64,000 nt of DNA from Octopus vulgaris (GCA_951406725.2 OX597836.1:23560001-23624000); one strand, 5' to 3'. Shown: positions 14,923-28,726, counted from the stretch's first letter. The notes: generated by a model not told the origin, from the letters alone. Numbers and translations are program-made.

Positions 14923-15488
14923 TAATATGTATACGTTAATAAATATATATAAATGTATACACACATAAGCATAAAAACACACGCACACACAGGCATACAC
15001 ATATCTGTAGTAGAATATGTGTGTGTTTGCTGTGAATGTTTTTGATGAGGATCCTAATAAAACTCTAAACGTCAATCGTTTGATCGCTGATCAATGCATC
15101 GCTTCGTTTAATTTAGCTTCTTAAGGACGTCAACTTTTATCTCCAGCAAAATTATTTAGTCTGGACGCACGCACACACACATCAGTATATATATTGTTAT
15201 CTTCCTAGTTTGAAGTGATGTATATAGGAGATGTGTGAAGCGTAGGCTTCGATGCCAGAGCCATCCGTCCTGAGCTGTGGAGCAGTGTCAGCTCATACAC
15301 AACCATCTGGAGTCTATGCGTTATGGCTTACATTCACTCACAAACATATATTCGTGTTTGCAGAAATATTCATATAAGCACGATCTCCCCCCCCCTACCC
15401 TCCTTTTCTCGCTCTCACCTACGTGCACGCGCGAGGGTGTCTCTCTCTCCCGCCCCCTCTTTCTATATATATACATATATATGTGTGC

Positions 15489-15541
<53 letters not shown>

Positions 15542-15567
15542 GGATTTACTCCCTAATATTATTATTA

Positions 15568-15634
<67 letters not shown>

Positions 15635-15704
15635 ATATATATGTATATGTATATATATATGTATATATATATGTATATATATGTATATATGTATATATAT
15701 ATGA

Positions 15705-15736
<32 letters not shown>

Positions 15737-15798
15737 GCTCATGCGTGTGTGTGTGTTTGTGCGTGTTCCCTTTATAATGTATACATATCTATATACAT

Positions 15799-15846
<48 letters not shown>

Positions 15847-16248
15847 ACATTCATGCATATGTGTGTGTATAATGCAAGTATAGTGACCTTAGTGAAAAAG
15901 CATGATTTCTTGTGAGACTTACACCCACGCATTTCAAACCAGAAAGAAGGGCCGTTTTATCAGTTGACATATCCAGCCCCTTCTCATCTAATGTGTTTCG
16001 CTCATTTTCTGTGTTTTTCTCAATAACATACGTCTGCACATAAACATACACACACACACACACGTGCACGCGCACACACATCCACACACACACACACACA
16101 CGCACGCACATACACGCTCTCTGTCTCTCTCTTCACTTCCTAAACTCTTAGCCTCATCAACATATAAACGTATAAACATGAAAGCCCTCGCTCCCGTTTA
16201 GCGATCACTTCAACTACTTAGGTAGCCTTAGCCTGGATATCTATGTGT

Positions 16249-16302
<54 letters not shown>

Positions 16303-16721
16303 TTGTGGGTGTAGCTGTGGAAGGAGGTGCGGGATTTACTGAACATGTAAATAAATAGTTGAAGGATTAAATAAACACTGAGTTCAGTAAGGCTGAATTA
16401 ACTGGGGGCACCTGTTTGAGTTGCCAAAAACTTAGGCATTTTTGAAAAATATTTTTTTTTCATATATTTATTTTTATTTATTTATTTATCTATTTATTTC
16501 ACACGAAAAGAAATAATTTAATGATAAAGTAGTCGCTGTTGGTTATAAAACGCAATTTCTACGAATTGAGTCAGTGAATTTATGGAAAAGAAAATGTAGC
16601 GATATAAAATGGTAAAGAAAAATTCCAAAATTCTTTTACTACATGCGATTTTTACCCTTTGTCACCCTTTAATGTAACTAAACCTACATTTATCTGTCTT
16701 TGTGAATATATAAATATATGT

Positions 16722-16991
16722 GATCACGTGACCGACCAGACCATCAGATGTTGCTACACATCGCTAGTCACAATGCGCCACCCCGCCGGCTAAGCGAGCA
16801 GGTCAACAGGAGAAAGAGTGAGAGAAAGAGTGGTGAAAGAGCACAGCTGGGATCACCACCCCCTGCCGGAGCCTCGTGGAGCTTTTAGGTGTTTTCGCTC
16901 AATAAACACTCACAACGCCCAGTCTGGGAATCGAAACCGCGATCCTACGACCGCGAGTCCGCTGCCCTAACCACTGAGCCATTGCGCCTCC
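16722..16991 (-). mobile_element. SINE family C, full length, tRNA-derived head
   Basis: Minus strand GGAGGCGCAATGGCTCAGTGGTTAGG (A box) and GGTTTCGATTCC (B box). Near-TSD ataaatatatgt (16710-21) / ataaagatatgt (16994-17005). The tail is shared with 42097-42210. Confidence 0.85.
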
Positions 16992-17540
16992 GCATAAAGA
17001 TATGTAGTGATATTAAATGGAAAACGAAATTTCCAAGGTTCTCTCGCTGCAGGGGTCTTTAACCCTCATCTCACACACTTCAATTTATAGATGCAACATA
17101 TTTATCTCTTCATTCTTCTCTCTTTTCTCTCCGTCGCTCAATGATTCCTACCTCTCCCTCCCTCTTTCTATCCCCCTCCAATACTCATGAACACATATAA
17201 ATACACTGTGTGTGCGCGCGTGTGTGTGTGTGTATTCATAGAAGGTTGATTGTCATGGCTGGTCAGAGAGTGACCGTTGGTTCCACACCTAGGTTTTATG
17301 TGACACCGGCCATTTGTGTTTGATGCGAAACCAATGGTCTCTCTCCGACCCGCCATAATAATCAACCTTATATAAATATATTACTGGACTTATGTTTTTT
17401 TTATATATGAACTATTGAAGATGTGTGTGTGTGTGAGTGTATGTGTGTGTGTATGTGTGTGTGTGCATGTGTGTGTGCTTGTGTTTTCGTCTATATGTAT
17501 GCATGTATGCATGTATGTACGATTATCTGTACGAGATATA

Positions 17541-17855
17541 TTCCATCTCAATCACAGATTTCTTAATTAATTTTTTTTAATTAAACAGTTTGAAACTTTG
17601 AATATTGGTAGAATTTCTCACATATAACACGGTTTACTCTGAACATTTTTGACAAAATTTCGTATTTTAGAAGTTATTTCGCGTTAAAGTTCTAGTATTT
17701 GGGTAATTTCAACCAATCAACGACGTGTATTCGGTTGAAGAAAGCTCCTACTGTTTGCGATAGTAATCGAAGAGGAACAACTTCCGGGTCACCTCTACTA
17801 AATGTTTCAAATTGTTTAGTTAAAAAAAAATCAGAAATCTGTGATTGAGATGGAA
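17541..17855. mobile_element. MITE with ~55-bp TIRs, TA-flanked
   Basis: ta|ttccatctcaatcacagatttct...tttttttaa..aaaca.tttgaaac on the left, reverse complement ending gagatggaa|ta on the right. Confidence 0.8.
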
Positions 17856-17898
17856 TAGGTCCGTTATACGTGTATATACCTATGCATATGTATACATA

Positions 17899-17998
<100 letters not shown>

Positions 17999-18483
17999 GT
18001 TGTGTGTGTGTGTGTGCGTGCGTGCGTGCGTATACACACTTATACACACAGAGAGTTTTTTTACAGAGCACTTGTTTTACACGATTTCACTTTAGCCTGA
18101 TGATATTTTTAAACGAATTTCTTCCTTTGCTCTGTCTCACTTTTGCTCAAAGTTGATCATTTAGAAATACATCTTCATTAATTCCTAGTTGCCATTTCAG
18201 TGTATTTTTGTGGCTTTCATTTTATTTCACTTCTCTTCAGGCTGAAACAGCACTTGATTTATATTTCTTTTTTAATATTTTGTCAGCTATTTTTGTAATT
18301 AAAAAAAACTAATAATTCATATGTCAAACACGTCTAGAAACAAAACGTATTAAATCAATTTTGGAACAGAGAGGGCACGACATAAGCAGCGAAACCGTTT
18401 AATATAAACGAGGAAAACTTTTAGAAGAATGAAAAGAAACGACGAGAAAAATGAAAGCCAATGGAAATGCAGGATGTCCAATG

Positions 18484-18578
<95 letters not shown>

Positions 18579-18579
18579 A

Positions 18580-18612
<33 letters not shown>

Positions 18613-19078
18613 TATAACGTTATTGAAACATTGAAAAAAGGTCTATTAATTTGGATGAAAGAAAGAAAGCAGAAAATATTGTCTATCGACAGCTTTGTTA
18701 TTCGACATAATGAAGAATACACCCACTCATATACATTTGTGTGTGTGAGAGTGTGTGATTGAGGGTGTGCGTCTATACATAAATGAATGTATATATATAT
18801 ATACACACACACACACAAATATACATATACATACATACATACCTACATACATACATACATAAATACATACATACATACATACATACATACATAAATACAT
18901 ACATACATACATACATACATACATACATACATACATACATACATACATACACACATACAGTAGATCGTTTGTTCACACGTTCGATTACAAAATGAAATCT
19001 TGTAAATCAAAGATGATATTATCGATAATATAAAATCAGCAACAAAAAATTTAAACAATTATTTATTGAAAGGTGAAA

Positions 19079-19163
19079 TGTGTGTCTGCATATGTATGCG
19101 TGTGTGTGTGTGTGTGTGTGTGGTGTGTGTGCGTGGGTGCGTGCATCCGTGTGTGTTTGTGTA

Positions 19164-19207
<44 letters not shown>

Positions 19208-19210
19208 TGT

Positions 19211-19277
<67 letters not shown>

Positions 19278-19413
19278 GTTTGTGTTTGTGTATGTGTGTG
19301 TGTATGTGTGTGTGTGCTTGTGTTTGTGTTTATGTATGTGTTTGTGTTTGTGTGTATGTGTGTGTGTGTGTTTGTGTATGTGTGAGTATGTGTGTGTGCG
19401 TGTGTTTGTGTTT

Positions 19414-19452
<39 letters not shown>

Positions 19453-19478
19453 TGTGTGCTTGTGTTTGTGTTTGTGTA

Positions 19479-19520
<42 letters not shown>

Positions 19521-19565
19521 TGTATGTGTGTGTTTGTGTGTGTGCGTGTGCTTGTGTTTGTGTTT

Positions 19566-19608
<43 letters not shown>

Positions 19609-19611
19609 CGT
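19079..19611. repeat. degenerate (TG)n array with higher-order tgtgtttgtgtatg units
   Basis: Directly visible; other (CA/TG)n arrays at 887-1175, 2597-2725, 18488-18610 and 30947-31138. Confidence 0.99.
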
Positions 19612-20076
19612 ATAATGTTTATAACCTCTTTTCTTCTACATGCCATAGAAATTCTAGATACCAGGAATAAGCATTCAGAATCCTGGTGAATCTGTTTCAG
19701 CATCGCCAATCAGGAAAATTATTATAATTAACTATTATTTAAGAAAAAAAAAAAAAAAAGAAATTCCTAATTTCTTCAAATTTATTCAATCGGGTCATGA
19801 AAAGTCTACAGGCTGATTAACTAAATCGCATTTCACAGAGGGTTGGTGGCTAAAATAAACAATTCAATTGGAGCTGCAACAGTTTTGAAAGTTTCTACAG
19901 TTTTAGAATCACAGACATGTCGCACAACAATGGCAACAACAATCAATGATTTTAGAAAATGAAATGTAATAAATTATTCCACTTCAACGTTTGACAGATT
20001 AAATCTCATTTATACAGAACTAAAGAGATCGAACATTAAAACTATGCAAACCATTCATAATAAGATATGTATACTT

Positions 20077-20230
20077 GTGGCTGTGTGGTAGGAAGTTTGT
20101 TTCGCAACCACATGGTTCCGGATTCAGTTCCATTTCGTGGTACCTTGGACAGTCGTCTTCTCGTATAGCCTCGGGCTGACTAAAGCCTTCTGAGTAGATT
20201 TGGAAGACGAAAACTGAAAGGAGACCATTC
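20077..20230 (+). mobile_element. SINE family A left arm only
   Basis: gtggctgtgtggtagg...aactgaaagg; no right arm follows. Confidence 0.8.
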
Positions 20231-20412
20231 CATAAAGTGCTTAGCTTTATAGCGTCTCTTCAAACCCTAATGGCAAGGGACAGCTTTATAGACGTGAATC
20301 CCAGGCTAACCCCAAGCTAAACCGGTCATAACTATCTTTAATTATTCTACTGCTCTATAACTTAGAGTGTGCTTCTCTTTCGGATTTACTGACTACAGAC
20401 ACACACACACAC

Positions 20413-20483
<71 letters not shown>

Positions 20484-20662
20484 AAACTTATAATATAATA
20501 TAATATAATAAATAAAATATAATATAATATAGCATCCTCTGCTATCCAGTAGCAGTATTATACGTAATTTCAGGTTTGTGTTTGGGCAACTGTGGTGTGT
20601 GAATAGACAACTGAAAAAAATTGGAGCCAACAAGAAGGAATACGGTTGGACATTTATTTTCA

Positions 20663-20768
20663 ATCACTACAACTGCTTCTACACAACGTAGTTCTCCAGC
20701 CGTGCAGGTATTTGATTATACAACCGTTTCCCTGCATTATGAGATCTAGTTGTGGTTCCTCAGGTGAT
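20663..20768 (-). ncRNA. type I hammerhead fold with one core substitution (GAAG for GAAA)
   Basis: Minus: ATCAC CTGAGGA ac CACAAC...TGCAGG..CCTGCA...GTTGTG ta GAAG CAGTTG TA GTGAT. Stem I ATCAC/GTGAT, long stem II, GUA triplet. Confidence 0.7.
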
Positions 20769-21127
20769 ATGTAAATATTGCCTCCGTAAGTTCAAAACCC
20801 TCGGTTTCAAGACCATCCTCTCTGTCTGTCGTGGCCTGGAGTCATTAGCAGCCACTGAGTTTGTGTTGTTTCCGAAGGACCGTTGGCGGACTGCTTTGAA
20901 TGTGTAGATGTAGTGGGATGTTGATTCTGCTACTGTTAAAGTGGTTGCTGTTTCAAAGAGATTGGCCTTTGATTTCTTTGTACTGTTGATTTATTCTTCA
21001 TGTTTGGTTTCCCATGCAATTGGCCTTACCTCACCTTTAAGAATCGGCCTATATGTACACATACATGGTCGTTCACATATACATTCATATACATAATAAC
21101 ACTCAATTGTGTGTGTGTGTGTCTCGG

Positions 21128-21192
21128 CTGTTTTACTAATCCGTATTTCGAGCATTTCACGACATGCTCGAAATATGGATTAGAAAAGCAGC
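21128..21192. repeat. ~30-bp-arm fold-back palindrome
   Basis: gctgttttactaatccgtatttcgagcat-ttcacgac-atgctcgaaatatggattagaaaagcagc. Confidence 0.8.
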
Positions 21193-21367
21193 TGACAACT
21201 GATGAAGGGTCGTTCTTTGTGTTGCTTCTTTCTTTTGTTGTTCCCCCCAAAGTTCATTTTCCATGTCCTCGTACTCCGTATTTTTTGTTGTCTACGTTTA
21301 GTGACGTCCTGTGCCCACATATGCATATGTATATACGTATGCATGTAAGTATTTACATATACGTATG

Positions 21368-21443
<76 letters not shown>

Positions 21444-21580
21444 TAGGGAAAATTTACGAAAAACACAAAAGACGAAGACAGGTGGTGTACAAAACAAACA
21501 GATGTATTAGTATAACGCTCAGGAATAGAAAAAGTCTTTTACGTTTCGAGCCTACGCTCTTCTACAGAAAGGTACACAGT
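21444..21580 (-). mobile_element. short element family H copy 1, minimal hammerhead-like motif at 21536-21571
   Basis: Minus: CTTT CTGTAGA A GAGC GTAG GCTC GAAA CG TA AAAG. Homologous to 38268-38465 and 40657-40824; flanked by (TA)n. Confidence 0.75.
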
Positions 21581-22362
21581 ATATATATATATATATATAT
21601 ATATCAGAGGCGACTGCAGGTCATCAGCGTTACTCAGGCTTATCACAGATTTCGTCACTCGAGTTCACCACAAATTTTGTATAAGACACATGCCTACTCG
21701 AAGAATTTAAAGTTATTTTAGGCTTTAGCTCTAATCTTTCTCCATTTCTAAGTTAAGGGTAAAAATAAAGTAACCCTGCAAAACATAACCGATCTCTACA
21801 CACAGACGCACAGAATAACAGCAGTCAAATAACGACAGCAGGGTGCATAACAAACATCAGCGATCTGACTGTCACCTGTACTCTTGACAAGAGATGCCAG
21901 TTAGTCTTTTACACCTAACAGGCTCGTTGGTATTAGCCCGATTTGCTCGATAGTTTTTCGTTCCTTTAAGAATACTGTAGAACAGAAACTTTTCATAGAT
22001 TGGAATTTAAATCCTAATATCTACAGAAATTTATTGTTTCAAGAAGAGATTGAATTTGAATTACTTTTAATGTTTACGATTATAAATGACAAGTCGGGCT
22101 GTAACTTCTGAGCCCGAGTTACGCGCGTGTGAATGATGTCGAGAGAACGTCTGTTACGCATGATATTTTTTGGCAAAGGGCACCTCTAAGACGACCGCCA
22201 GACGCTGAACGGAAATAAATGAACTGTGACCAGGTTCAATAAAAGGAACCCGAGTTATTGGCTGCAATTACATACTTGAAGTCAGTTTTAACAAAAATGC
22301 AATCAGCTTGCAAATACACGTTCACTTTACTAAATTTATACCCGAGTGCCGGGGTCGCCATG

Positions 22363-22409
<47 letters not shown>

Positions 22410-22534
22410 AGGTTTGGAGATGATGTACAGGTATTTTATATTAGAAGAAATTCGGTACTCAGAAATTCGGATGGTTTAATATTTACAGATATTTATTTGT
22501 ATATTACATGTTTTTATACATCATATATTGTTTT

Positions 22535-22643
<109 letters not shown>

Positions 22644-22892
22644 AATACATCAAAACAAAGGAAAATACGTGCGCGTGCACACACACACACAAATATATAA
22701 CGGATTTCTGCACAATTTCAGTCTACCAACTTTCTTTTGTAGAAAACACTACTCTAAGGTGTTGGACAGCAAGATGGAACTCTGGAACCCGTGCTTGCAA
22801 CAGCGACCATTTTTTAACCCTACAGTTTTACATATACCTAGGTTTGTGTATCTAACAATTGGGAAATAATAGTGGATGTAAAATGAACCAAC

Positions 22893-23170
22893 CTTTTTTA
22901 AGGATGTCCAACTGGTACTGTCCAAGAGTACAGTTCCATCTCTCATATCGAAATTGTTGTTGACAACCCAGCACTGACAGTTTTATGGCTTCGTTTAGAA
23001 CTTCGGGAACACCTTTGTCTCTCTTGCACATTTTCTTTTGTTTTCTTTGTAGTTTGAATATGTTACAAAGCTGAGCTGGCTTTAAATGGCCGTTTCTTAT
23101 TCTTTCTTGTATAATGTTTTGGTGCGGTAAACCCAGTTCGTAGCCTACAAGAGGTTCCTTTGATGTTAAT
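22893..23170 (-). CDS. Wnt9: Wnt9 coding exon 2 (N-terminal Wnt domain)
   Basis: Acceptor cttcttattaacag|A completes the Gly codon. Translation: LTSKEPLVGYELGLPHQNIIQERIRNGHLKPAQLCNIFKLQRKQKKMCKRDKGVPEVLNEAIKLSVLGCQQQFRYERWNCTLGQYQLDILKK-G, donor AAAG|GTTGGT. 278 bp, no stops, with the Wnt signature CQxQFRxERWNC and Wnt9-like KL.RKQ..MC.RD.GV.E.L. Confidence 0.96.
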
Positions 23171-23407
23171 CTGTTAATAAGAAGAAAGTCAGAACTAAAA
23201 TGGTGATGGTCTTGAAAAATCGGAACCTTATAAGATAAAAGAATTTCTTTACGATTTTGTGAAATTATAAATATATTGAAATATATAAACTTTCAATAAG
23301 GTTGCGATAAGACAAAAAAAGAGAAAAAAAAAGCAAAGTATTTTTAATATAGAAGGAAATCGTAAGCAGAGAAATATGGTTTTTTTCTTTTATATCTCGT
23401 GGAGTTA

Positions 23408-23601
23408 TTTTGTTGTGTCTGGGGAGAGTCGCGGTGCCTTAATATAAGACACACTCACCGGTTCAGTTTCCACTCATTTATTTAATTATTCCAGAAAAGC
23501 TTTTCGTCGCTGCATTTGCGACCGTATCAATGAATTTCGACTCTGACTGTCTGAGTGTGTCATATTAAGGGATCACGACTCTCCCCAGACACAGCAAAAT
23601 T
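23408..23601. mobile_element. element with short inverted repeats and a degenerate hammerhead-like motif on the minus strand
   Basis: tttgttgtgtctggggagagtcgcg and cacgactctccccagacacagcaaa are inverted. Internal minus-strand GTCGC-aaatgca-GCGAC GAAA AGCT TT. A related fragment lies at ~48030-48110. Confidence 0.55.
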
Positions 23602-23759
23602 TGGTTCAACACACGAATTCACATAAGGTATCTTGCAAACCAGTTATATGTGAAGTTAGAATTTATCAGAATAAAACAACAAAATTACTGCAGGCTTCTG
23701 TGAGTTCGGGATAAAAGTTTAGCGTTGAAAGTAGAAAACTATCATCAGAATTATTTTAA

Positions 23760-23809
<50 letters not shown>

Positions 23810-24007
23810 AAGAAAGATAGATAGATAGATAGATAGGTAGAGAGAGAAAGAGGGAGAGACAGACAGACAGAGCGGTGGGGAATTCTTTTCTGCTGTATTG
23901 CTGACGTCATCAGTGTTCTACTTGAGAGTTTCTAGATGAAAATTTGCTTCGCCCAAATCAGCAGCCAAACTTCAAATAAAATTCCACTCTAAATCCTTAA
24001 ATAAAAG

Positions 24008-24129
24008 ACACATGGTTTCGGGTTCAGTCCTATTGCGTGACACCTTGAGCAGATGCCTTCTGCTATAGTCTCCGGCCGACCAAAGCCTTGTGAACCAATT
24101 TGGCAGGCGGAAACTGAAAGAAGCCCGTC

Positions 24130-24177
<48 letters not shown>

Positions 24178-24255
24178 GTATATATATTTAATACATACAT
24201 ACATATGTATTATATATATATAATACATACATACATACATACATACATACATACA

Positions 24256-24286
<31 letters not shown>

Positions 24287-24500
24287 GTATGTGTCTTTGT
24301 GTCTGTATCTGTACCCCCTCCATCACTTGACAACTCATGTTGGTGTGTTTATGTACCTGTAACTTAGCGGTTCGATAGAATAAGTAGTACGCTTACAAAG
24401 TCCTGGGGTCGATTCCTTCGACTAAAATCCTTGAAGGCAGGTCTCCAGTATGACCGCCGTCAAATGACTGAAACGTGTCAAAGAATAAAAGAATAAAAGA
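24008..24500 (+). mobile_element. SINE family A, 5'-truncated, with expanded internal (TA)n/(CATA)n
   Basis: Left arm, ~170-bp microsatellite linker, right arm and tail aagaataaaagaataaaaga. Confidence 0.85.
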
Positions 24501-25074
24501 ACCAGCCTATCAAGTGATCATCAACAGTTAGCCAAATCAATTTAGTTAATCCATGGTGGTGCTCCAGCATGACCACGACCGCATGGCGGAAACGAGCAAA
24601 AGAGTAAAAGAATCGTACCTGATATTCTCAGACTTTTCGTAAAAACTTGGTGAAATGGCATAAAATCGATCATTTATTTGATTTGATAGGAATAAAATGA
24701 TTTCTGTAAATTCTGTTTTCTTGATGAATTTATATGGCACTAAACAATACCTCATGTTTATAAATAACCAAGTTCAAAGAAGGAAATTCTCTCAAGTTAT
24801 TCTTACCAGAATTAACGGTCATCGAACTTCATATCCCCGGAGAATTGCGTTACACAATATTATCAAAAACTACAGATAGATTATGTGGTAACTGGACATT
24901 ATTTGGTTGTTTTTATTATCGACTACATAGCCTCTGACTGACTCAGCACTTTCTTAATTCGCAGAATCATAATTTTTATTGACTAATCCAAAGAGTGTGG
25001 GTCTTGTAAAACCTGATTAACTGAAGTCTGAAATGGAATTAAAAGATCTGCAAAGGAATAAGTTGGATCGATTT

Positions 25075-25903
25075 AGTTTGGTTGCCAGCATTTCAAAAGT
25101 TAAAGTTTATCGATAATTTTAAAATTTGGCACATTAATATACTTTTCCAAGTTGAATTGTTGGAGTTATTTCACTTTTTCTAGAAAAATGTTTTACAAAA
25201 GTTATAGAGGTTTTAAAGTTTGATCATTTTTATACAGTCAGGAAACAGGATTTGGAAGCTGTCATTTTGTGCACGACTGTACATTTTGTCAACATCCTGA
25301 AATTAGCACGTGTTGTCAAGAAAGAGTAAACAACATGTCTTTTGTAGTTTTAAGCATTGTGATAGTACGAACTTAAAAGATTTATTCAAAAACGTTATTT
25401 AGCTGTTATTTTTAGCATACCTCAAAACCACGTCACTGACAAAAAGAAACGAGTAAACAACACATATTTTGTAGTTTTAATCATTCAATATGCATTTAAT
25501 GCGATGGCACGAACTTATAAGATTTATATAAAAACTAAACGGCACATTAAAAATTAAATATTTAAAAAAAAAAACCCATTTTGTTGACCATTTCATAAAT
25601 CCACATACTCAATTGTCAATAGACAGGCAAAACAAGTGGTTTCAATTCATTTGTCAACACGTGCTTTCTCGCAGACAAAAGAATTTCCATATTCTGCTTG
25701 TTACTATGGAAACAGGCATGAATGTGTCTGTGGCTTACGATTGGCTAAAAATACCCAAAATTTACAAATTTTAATTGCTAACAATTCTTTATTTATTGAT
25801 TTACAGCGAAAATGATTTTCACGTCATTTATTAGCCAATAAAAGTGTATCAATACACTGAATATGAAATCAATTGGAACAGAATTGACGCTGGCAGTCAA
25901 ACT
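25075..25903. mobile_element. non-autonomous DNA transposon with short TIRs and internal direct repeat
   Basis: agtttggttgccagc ... gctggcagtcaaact. Internal duplicated gagtaaacaaca..t.ttttgtagttttaa...acgaactta.aagattta at ~25325 and ~25450. Confidence 0.55.
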
Positions 25904-26054
25904 GGTTGAAGCCAATGGAGATTTTATTAAATAAATTTACCCTTTAGTATTTTAAGATATTTTAATGTAATTTTGGTAAATATATCAGTTAAAATGAGAT
26001 GTCAGTGTTATTTTCATTTTTTCGTAATTTAGACGATAGTTTATTCACCACATC

Positions 26055-26140
<86 letters not shown>

Positions 26141-26330
26141 CGTGTGTGTGTATGTGTGTGTGTGTTTGTGAGCCTGCCTGTCTATGTAACAAGTAAAGAA
26201 TAAAAGAAATACATGTCCAAGATCTTACTGTTTAAATATGTATTGAAATCGCGTACGATTCGAATTCAGTGAATTGCATAAACATTTTAATAACCGAAGT
26301 TATGCGATTAAGTGAAATCGACTGCACATC

Positions 26331-26420
26331 CAAAGATGCATCTTGATGTTCTTTTTATTATGCAATCATTATATGAATATAATGACTGCATAATAAAAAG
26401 AACATCAAGATGCATCTTTG
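26331..26420. repeat. ~43-bp-arm near-perfect hairpin
   Basis: caaagatgcatcttgatgttctttttattatgcaatcattata-tgaa-tataatgactgcataataaaaagaacatcaagatgcatctttg. Confidence 0.9.
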
Positions 26421-27599
26421 AAAAATAAACACGATATTGAAAAACACATAGAAAAAATTTGTTTTTAGTCCCTCGGAGACCAAAATCTACACCATTCAGA
26501 AAGTTTACAAAATAGGATCTTTAGATGTTGGTCACGCTCGGTTGAGATGCATTTCACTCGCTCTTTTGGCTCTGCAGCAGAATCTATTGTCCGAAACAAA
26601 TCCCTTTTTTTTTTTCACTTTCAATGTCGTTCCATGTGGTTGGGTATTCATGTTCCCGAACCTCATGCAAATCAAAATCCCGACTAAAGAAAAGGTTGCT
26701 GGTGCGAGCCTCTTCCTTATGAATAGTTGATTGATACACATTCTTTAACTCTGAAAGTAAGCTTTCTCAAGCATACTCAAGCAAGTATCGTCACATCTGT
26801 CCACGATCTGCTTAGCTGCTACTGATATGACACAATAAGTGACCTTCAAGTACTTCATGATCAAATAACAAATCTCCACCAGGCGGAGCCAGTTGTAAGT
26901 TTTAAACTTCGCATTGTTTTCCACATATTTTATGTCAGATGGTAGAAAGAGCCACCAAGCAGCGTACCGTAGAGCAAGAACTGTAAAATCCGATTTACAC
27001 GTTCAAAATAGATTATCAGTGATATTTGATCTGATGATTAGATTTAACTAAGATTATAATTTACAGCAGTTAATAGACAGGGGATTCGGATGATGTAGAA
27101 TTTCTGGAAGAATCTTGGTCTGTTGCAAAAGTTGCAGGCTAAGCCATGTGGTACAATGGGATATATGTTCAGATGTCTGGTTTTCATGACAAGTAAAATC
27201 CAGGAATCCTGGAGCTCTTTGCAGTTTTCTATTAATCATTCGATTTGATATGTTCCATTTTTCAGAAGGATTTTGAACCCACTGGCAATGCTCGCTTCTG
27301 GAGACGTTACTGCATTCGGATTGAGGATCCTCGTGACACGAGGACGTCACATTGAAAAGCGGTAACGACAGCGGAACACGTGTCTGTCGCTCTCGCGCTC
27401 ACTTCCGGAGCGAATTCGTTTCACCTAGCCCTGAAGTATATGGTGTTTTTTCAACACAATATATATATAAAGAGATTTCTTCCCAAACGATAATGGCAGC
27501 TTTTGGTGTTTCAACTACACACATACATTAAGTGTGCGTTTGTATATATATATATATATCACTGCATCGACCACACTATAAAACATTGTTATACACCGC

Positions 27600-27975
27600 T
27601 GGTCATAATGCGCTTCCAATTCTTTTTTGATTGTGCTATCGTTTATCACCTTGGCCCTAATCGTTTAACTAAACCGTCTTCCTGTCGTTGTGGAGGCCTT
27701 CTGAGTGACTTTTTTCCGATCTCTTGGATACCACTCGGCAACTGCTCGGGTTCAGTCTTTCGACATGTCTGGCCAAGCGGATTTGTGCACTCGGCATTCT
27801 GCGATCACATCACTCACTTCACTCCCTTCTCCAATTATCTCATTTCGCATATGCTCTTGTAATGATATTCCTAGCATGGATTTTTCCATGGCCCTTTGCG
27901 TCGTAGCCAATCGATGTTCTTCCCTCTTCGTACTACTCTTTGTCTCACTTGCGTATGAGAGCGTAGATAGGAAGC
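27600..27975 (-). mobile_element. RTE-clade LINE 3' fragment
   Basis: LSYASET..STKREEHRLATTQRAMEKSMLGISLQEHMRNE.I...S.VSDVI, then AVAEWYPRDRKKSLRRPPQR, typical of the RTE C-terminus; frameshifted. Confidence 0.88.
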
Positions 27976-28667
27976 TGATACTGAAGAGTTTCGCATGTAT
28001 GGTCAATATATGTATATGGATGCGTGATATGGTTTAATAAAAATTTAACTGGAAGAATATATATCCCGTGATCTCTCTAGAAATCTTCCTCGTTTGAATG
28101 TATACTTATGAAATAAAGGATTACATCTGCGTGTCAATAATTGCTAAGACTAAAATCTTTGTGAAGCATAGCATGGAAACGTTTCAAGGTTTCATAACTC
28201 TTTTTCGTTATATTAATAACATTGAGACCTACCACTGTTATCACGTACAGTAAATTTACAAAGAAAGCTGTGTGCCAGTAATACGCTGTATTTTAACACG
28301 TCTCAAGATATTAAAATGGTTATATTGTTCTGTTTTATAGTTACCAGCGATGGCAAACCTTAAAACGATAAATAGAAATACCAATAGTAATATATAAACA
28401 GTGATACTTGGTTAATTTCAAGGCCTATCACAAAATAACATGTTTAAAATTATAAGGATCAGTTAGAACCAGTATCTACAGAAATGCATTCGTTAGAAGT
28501 AAAAGCCAAACAACACGAACATACTGGCAAAGAAAAACAGCTTTATCAATAGATTTATTGAATTGCAGAAGGGAAATGGGAAAGACGTAGTAAACGGAGT
28601 GAAGATTATATGAAGTGAATTGGAGTAAGAAAAAAGGAAAAGAAGAAATAGGAAGAACGAAAGAGAT

Positions 28668-28726
<59 letters not shown>

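Noticed and set aside
16915-16991. tRNA gene
   Set aside because: A and B boxes are present, but there is no acceptor-stem pairing and it runs into a SINE body with a near-TSD.
26560-26752. Protein-like minus frame ELKNVYQSTIHKEEARTSNLFFSRDFDLHEVREHEYPTTWNDIESEKK after tttcag
   Set aside because: No family recognised, no convincing donor, and it is not needed for the Wnt9 frame.
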